From Lingula anatina (lineage: Eukaryota > Animalia > Brachiopoda), in assembly GCA_051362555.1 (NCBI GenBank), contig CM120640.1:49764788-49828787 (forward strand): a stretch of 64,000 nt of DNA, given 5' to 3'. Positions 52,745-64,000 of this stretch are shown here, piece by piece. Each line of letters begins with the position of its first letter. The stretch's first letter is position 1. Made by a program: the position numbers and the translations under genes. Under the pieces are notes generated by a model. It was not told the DNA's origin, ran no database searches, and saw nothing but the letters and a program-made list of their open reading frames with translations.

Positions 52745-55700
52745 GCCTGCTTCATGATGAAATCAGTTCACATCTGCATTATGCAATTTGTTCATCAGCT
52801 ATATTTGCTTGATATGGGCTTTTGCTTCTTTTTGAATAAAAATAAGTTTATTTTTATATTGTGAGGATTTTGCAGCCCACTTATATTCAAAATTGAAACT
52901 AATGTAGTTTAGCACTTCCAGGCAGCTTTGATGGTTTGTTCATTCAAGCATATGAAGATTTGCAGGATTTCCATTATGGAAAGTGATGGGTTGTTTGGAT
53001 TATTTTATTCCTAGACAAAACCTCATATATTTTGACAGGGGTTTTTAGAGCTGTAAATTCATACAGATCTCTGAGGTAGTACTTCTGCTATTCAAGTATG
53101 TAAAAAAAGTAACCCTCTATAACTCCTGTGCTGGAAATCGATTCCCATTATCCTCACCATTAATGGGTGAGTACAGCAGTTATCACAACATAAAAACTTG
53201 ATGAGGAAGGATATTTGAGCCTCCCTGATGGTGCATTCCTTCCCCCCTTCAGTTTCTCTGGATGATAACTTTCCAGTAAAACCAGTATATCCAAATCCCA
53301 GATAATTATGTTGCTAAGTTGTTAGTATATATACTGACTGGTATTACAGGCATCTAACAAAGAAAACATCTAGTCAAGATTAGAAGTGATTTTGGGATGA
53401 TGTTCAAGTAAAGTAGTTGTCACGTTATTTTCCCATTGTAAGGCTTACTCCTGTCTAGGTACATACATTGTTAGGAATGGGTAGATAACATCTGGAAGGT
53501 TTGACTCGATCAGGCAAACGCAAGAAATCAATGAGTAGAAATTCCATGGAGACCAAGTAAATGAAATTTGCCTTCAGGAATTGGTTATGAGTAACATTAT
53601 CTTTGAAATAGGGAGTATTCATAATTGAAGAAAAGCTGCGTGCTTTTGTCACTGAAGGCATGTGATGTGCTGTGATGATCGAGACAAAGTAGATACCTGT
53701 TGCTTCTAAAGTCAGAGCACCTGACGTGAGCTTAATACTTGGTGACTGGTAATAGCAATGACATTTACTTTGTTCATCTCCATCAAAACCACGCTCTTAC
53801 ATGATGTGCTGCTTGAACACAGCTGATTAAACAGCCTTTATAAACAAAACTGCTGTTTGTGACTTAAAGCCACAGATTAATGATTGCAGTCGCTGAATTA
53901 ATGACTTAAAATGCACCAGGAAGTGACTCCACATATAAATGAGATTATTTCATAATCTTTATTAATATGCAAAAATATGTAGATGTAGTAGATTACAGGA
54001 ATGAATGGAATCAGTTTGATTAATTTTAATGCTTTTTTATTAATTTTTTTTAAAAACGATAATGTTAATTTTGTTAATAATGTTAATAGAAGGGTTGATA
54101 GAAACATTTGTTGAATGAATTACTAGTACGAACATATGTTGAGAAAAAGAACCTGTATGTAAACAGTGATAGACCCATGCAGAAACCCGACAAATTGTTT
54201 ACAGTTCATAATGCGGTGCTCATAGCCAGTATTTTTCCAAGACTCAGACTATGAAATTGCAGTTTAAGTTATTAATTCAGCAGGCAATGGCAATCACTAA
54301 TCTTTTCTAAGTCACAAATAAATTGTTTATGAGGCCTGTTAAAGCCCCCCCCCCCCCCAAGAAAATTAAATCGAAGCTAGGAAAAAAATCAAAAAGTATG
54401 AAAGGTGTAGTTTTATCTTTTGTAAGATAAAGGGCCAAAGGGTAAAAATTATATTAACATTTCCAAGGATGCCTGTTCCCACTTGCTTTACATCATTTTC
54501 AAGGAATATTGCACCTGAATCAATTATCACCAGAGACTACTTTCAATGTGATTGGCACTGGCAAAGGAATCATCTTATTGCAGATTTCATGCAGGAGGAT
54601 TGACATGCAATATATTGTCAAGGTGTATTAGAGGAACATAGAGCACATCACTCCATCTACTGTGCTGCAGTGACTTGTTTTAATTTTGATAACTTGCCTT
54701 GCTGTATTTGATTTAATATGACATGCTCAAAGAGTTTTTTGCATGTGTTTTGCAAATGGTGGGGTACGAGTGAAGGGGAAATTCCACCCATTAGGGCCAC
54801 TATAGTCACTCTCAGCTACAGGTGAGTATAAGTTATGCTGAAAAGAAATCTTGTGCTAGGTAAAACAGGTGTCAGTTACCCATATGCCTCATACACTGTA
54901 AGAATTTCTATTAAGATACAGGCGTAGACATCTCAGAAAAATATTATTTCTCATTATAATCTCTACATATCTTACCATTTTTATCAGCTTGGTAATATAA
55001 GAAGAACTAGTGTTATTTTTCCCTGCTGAGTAGCCAGTTCCTTTCAGAGAATTTATTAGAAATCTCAATAGGTTGCCTGAGAGGCCCTTGCTATGATTCA
55101 AGTTAGCTCTTTACATCTTACAAAATTTAAAATGGCAGTGTTTTTATGTAATAAGCATAATCAAAAAATACTTATTTGAAAAAATTATATGACATTTCCT
55201 CTGCCATGGAGGTATCAGATGCTATTCAGCTGACTGTTTTGACTATCACAGTCTATATTGATGTTAAACATGCTGTTTACTCGTATTGATCTCGACTAAG
55301 TAACATCATCATCAGCAGTATTTTTCCCTTTTCAGGAATCGTGTTGACAATCGTTAAATCTTTTGGGTGTCACACAGCATTTTCAGTAGAAATATACATT
55401 CGTTTTGATTTTGTTTGTAAAGAAACACAACTAAAAAATATAAAAATAACACGTAGTGTTATATTTGATTATTTTTACCATTTAAGAAACATAGTGTGGA
55501 GGTTGATAATGCTATTTTAATCCATACTATATGCTCAGCTCCATACAAAGTGCCAACTATGGTGAAATGGTATTAGGTCTGCCCACATGTGTTTTGATAA
55601 ATCCTAACTTGCTGGGAAAGGGTTATTGTAATGTAATTAATGAAAGGTGACTAAAACATTTATTTAGGTAAATGTTGACGAAGGAGAATTGTCAAAGACT

Positions 55701-58200
55701 GTCTATCAAATTAATGATTGTTATGTTTACAGTGATCATTTCCCCTTCTTTATTTGCTGTTCATTCTGCAAAGATTTCTCAAATAATATTCTAATCTCAA
55801 TGTGACAGATTAACATATCATCAAGTGTAGAATAACATATCAAGGAAACCAAGGATCAGCTAACAGCATACCTGTAGTAATATAGTTATCTAAAATCCAT
55901 GTATCTACTTAACAGGCATGATAGAATATCCTTAATGTGATGCTCTTTGCTTTATATCATTTTCACCATTGGAGAGTAAAGAATCAAGTACTAGTACACA
56001 GAAGTTATTTCTCATATGAGTAATGTCAATTTGTTGATGACATGAGTGTTTAGTACTTTCTGGTTTGTCTTAATATACTCATATTTGCAATTTTTAGGGG
56101 GTAAGTTATATGGATATTTACTTATCATTTTGCTCTGAAAGTTCAGAAATGGAAAACCGCCAATTTATCAAGCTCCACTTTGAACAGTGGGCAAAATATT
56201 GAACAGCACAAAACCATTCTCTGGCTTATTGTATAAAAATGCCTTTTCTAGTCATTTTATAAATCTTATTTTGATTTATACCCACCCTCTCATTTTCTGA
56301 TAATCTTTGTCCATTTGTAGCATAAAAACAATCCGCACCACAATCAGATTTATATATCAAGACTGTATGGGTTTTTAGTGCTACAGTATTTATTTTGGTT
56401 TAATAGCCACTCTGACTTCCCTTTCCCCACCCAGATTGCCAACACCATCTGATAAACCTTGATATAACCATATATACCAATTGTAATGATCATCTCTGGG
56501 TTGTTTTTTGTTTTAATACAAATATTTTTTGGGTGTTGATTGAAAGTGAAGAAAAAAAGGCTGAAAGAAAAAAGGTTTAAGTTAAGAAAAATTGAGTCAA
56601 CTAGTTATTTTAGAATTCTGCTGGAATGTTTCAAGCTAGTATCCTTTACTCATGTAACACAAAACTGGATTTATTTACCTTTTTTTCTTTTTTCAAAAAA
56701 GCCAAACCCTTAAACACAATGGCCTAGTATTGAATAGCACTACAGGTATATATACCAGATGCACACATACCTGAGAAGTGATTAATTACAGTATGTACCT
56801 ATACTGGGGAGACATTGTGTACACACTGGAGTGTCATATGATTTACAAAGACACGGTCACTTGAACCTCTCAGGTGTATCACTGTGTATTTTTAGTACAA
56901 ATCCCCATTGTCCCACTTCACGAAGAGAAAGAACTGGGGTTGTCACAGGGTAGACTGGGGTGAACTCTCAGGGTGGTTACTGGTTGAAGGATTTACCTTA
57001 AGCCAAGAACACTGTTCTAGGAAGAGATTCTTTAAAATGTATGTATGTACTACATGTAGTGCTTGTAATGTTACTGATTTAAGGGATTGTGGCTGACAGT
57101 TTACAAGGTGCAGTAAGTTTCTATTGAATGTTGAAGGAAACCATTTATGGGCTATAAGTCAGGTGGATTGGGATGGAAATATTGTATTTGAATATTTATG
57201 TTTTTATGATAGTAAAGTGTTACAGCAATATACTATTTATGAGAGATATTTATTATAAAAATTGTTGTTTTTCATTTGATGTTGAAATGCTCAGATACAG
57301 TGATAAGTAACAGTATTACTTTGGGAATAGAAGTCATGATGATTATTGTAGGGAATGAAAGTGGTGATGTGGTACAGAGGTTTTGATTATGAAATTATTG
57401 ATTTTAAGACAATAGCAGTGGAAACTAAAACAACTGTTTACTAAGTTACCATTTCAAGTATTGATGGGCATTGAATGTCTCGGAAGGTTTTTTCACCCTG
57501 GTGCCTGCTGAAAAATGTATTGTGTCACTGTTCAGCAGAATGACAAGTATAGCTGAACAGAACAACTGCTACAGGTAAGGTAGTGAAATTAAGAATAATG
57601 CACTCTAAAGCAGGCACCGGAAGATGGGTCTCAGTGGATTTAGGGAAAAAACATGTTTACTCCATCATTGGTAAGAATGATAGATTTAAATGAACTAAGA
57701 TTAATCCTTCACTGTCATTTTCCTATCTGTTTGTCTTAGTGCTCATCTCTTTTGAATTTCTCTTTGACTGTTATTTTTTTTAGTATAATGGATTGTTGCT
57801 TTTTCTTGGGGTTGACTAAGCCCAGTGTACCAGCTCTTTCCTCATTCAGACAAACAATACACAATGGTGATTGAGTGGGATTGGCCTGTTTTCTAAGTAA
57901 GATAGTATTGAGACCTCTAAGCTGTCAGTGCAAGCAGATGCTATCTTGTCTTTACTTTGGATTGCTACTAGCTATAAACAACTTTTATAAGATGCATTAA
58001 TGGGGGTGGAGATGACTTGTGAGTCACTTCTCAGTGCATAAAAAACAATAACCAAACTATTGGCTACCAGATATATCTATTATGCTGTTGACCCAGGATG
58101 GTTTTCTTTTTTTTCCTTTTCCCAATATGAATGCCACCAGTGAAACATCTTGGAGAAGGATTTGTTCATATATTTTATCTGCTTTTTGTTATCTTCCTAG

Positions 58201-63890
<5,690 letters not shown>

Positions 63891-64000
63891 GTAAGTTTAT
63901 TTTTAGGTAGATACTAATCTTTATTTTGGAGCAATATTTTCAACTGTGCTATCCAGTATAATGACCATAAAGTGTTCCTAGTAGTTTCTTTTACAGGTTA

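Noticed and set aside
34600-57400. Numerous 60-90 aa ORFs and possible nested genes or structured RNAs in CaMKK introns
   Set aside because: No recognisable domains, and no tRNA/snoRNA/miRNA hallmarks identifiable by eye; a covariance-model search would be needed to exclude them.
58082-58200. N-terminus (and C-terminal tail after 58867) of the 331-aa ORF
   Set aside because: Intronic read-through around the true exon 58201-58867, which has clear splice sites.

Overview
AT-rich, intron-containing invertebrate animal genomic DNA (GT-AG introns, apparent mosaic CpG depletion; the species cannot be fixed from sequence alone). Seven protein-coding genes could be reconstructed by hand: PNISR (-) and COQ3 (+) head-to-head on a ~300-bp shared promoter; a 213-aa secreted protein joining a Ly6/three-finger-like domain to a chitin-binding type-2-like domain (-); a TMEM249/CatSper auxiliary subunit homologue with an intronless CDS (+); a two-exon group III secreted phospholipase A2 with a long pro-region (-); a small single-exon SH3 protein (-); and the 5' part of a CaMKK gene (+) that spans ~34 kb to the window end. 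Also present are a decayed Tc1 transposon, a young Harbinger-type MITE apparently nested in an older element, several short TIR elements and microsatellites. No clearly new multi-gene system is evident. The best novelty candidates are the three-finger/chitin-binding fusion protein and a set of putative alternative CaMKK N-terminal exons, one of which would encode a myristoylation/palmitoylation-type N-terminus. All exon models are manual and lack transcript support.
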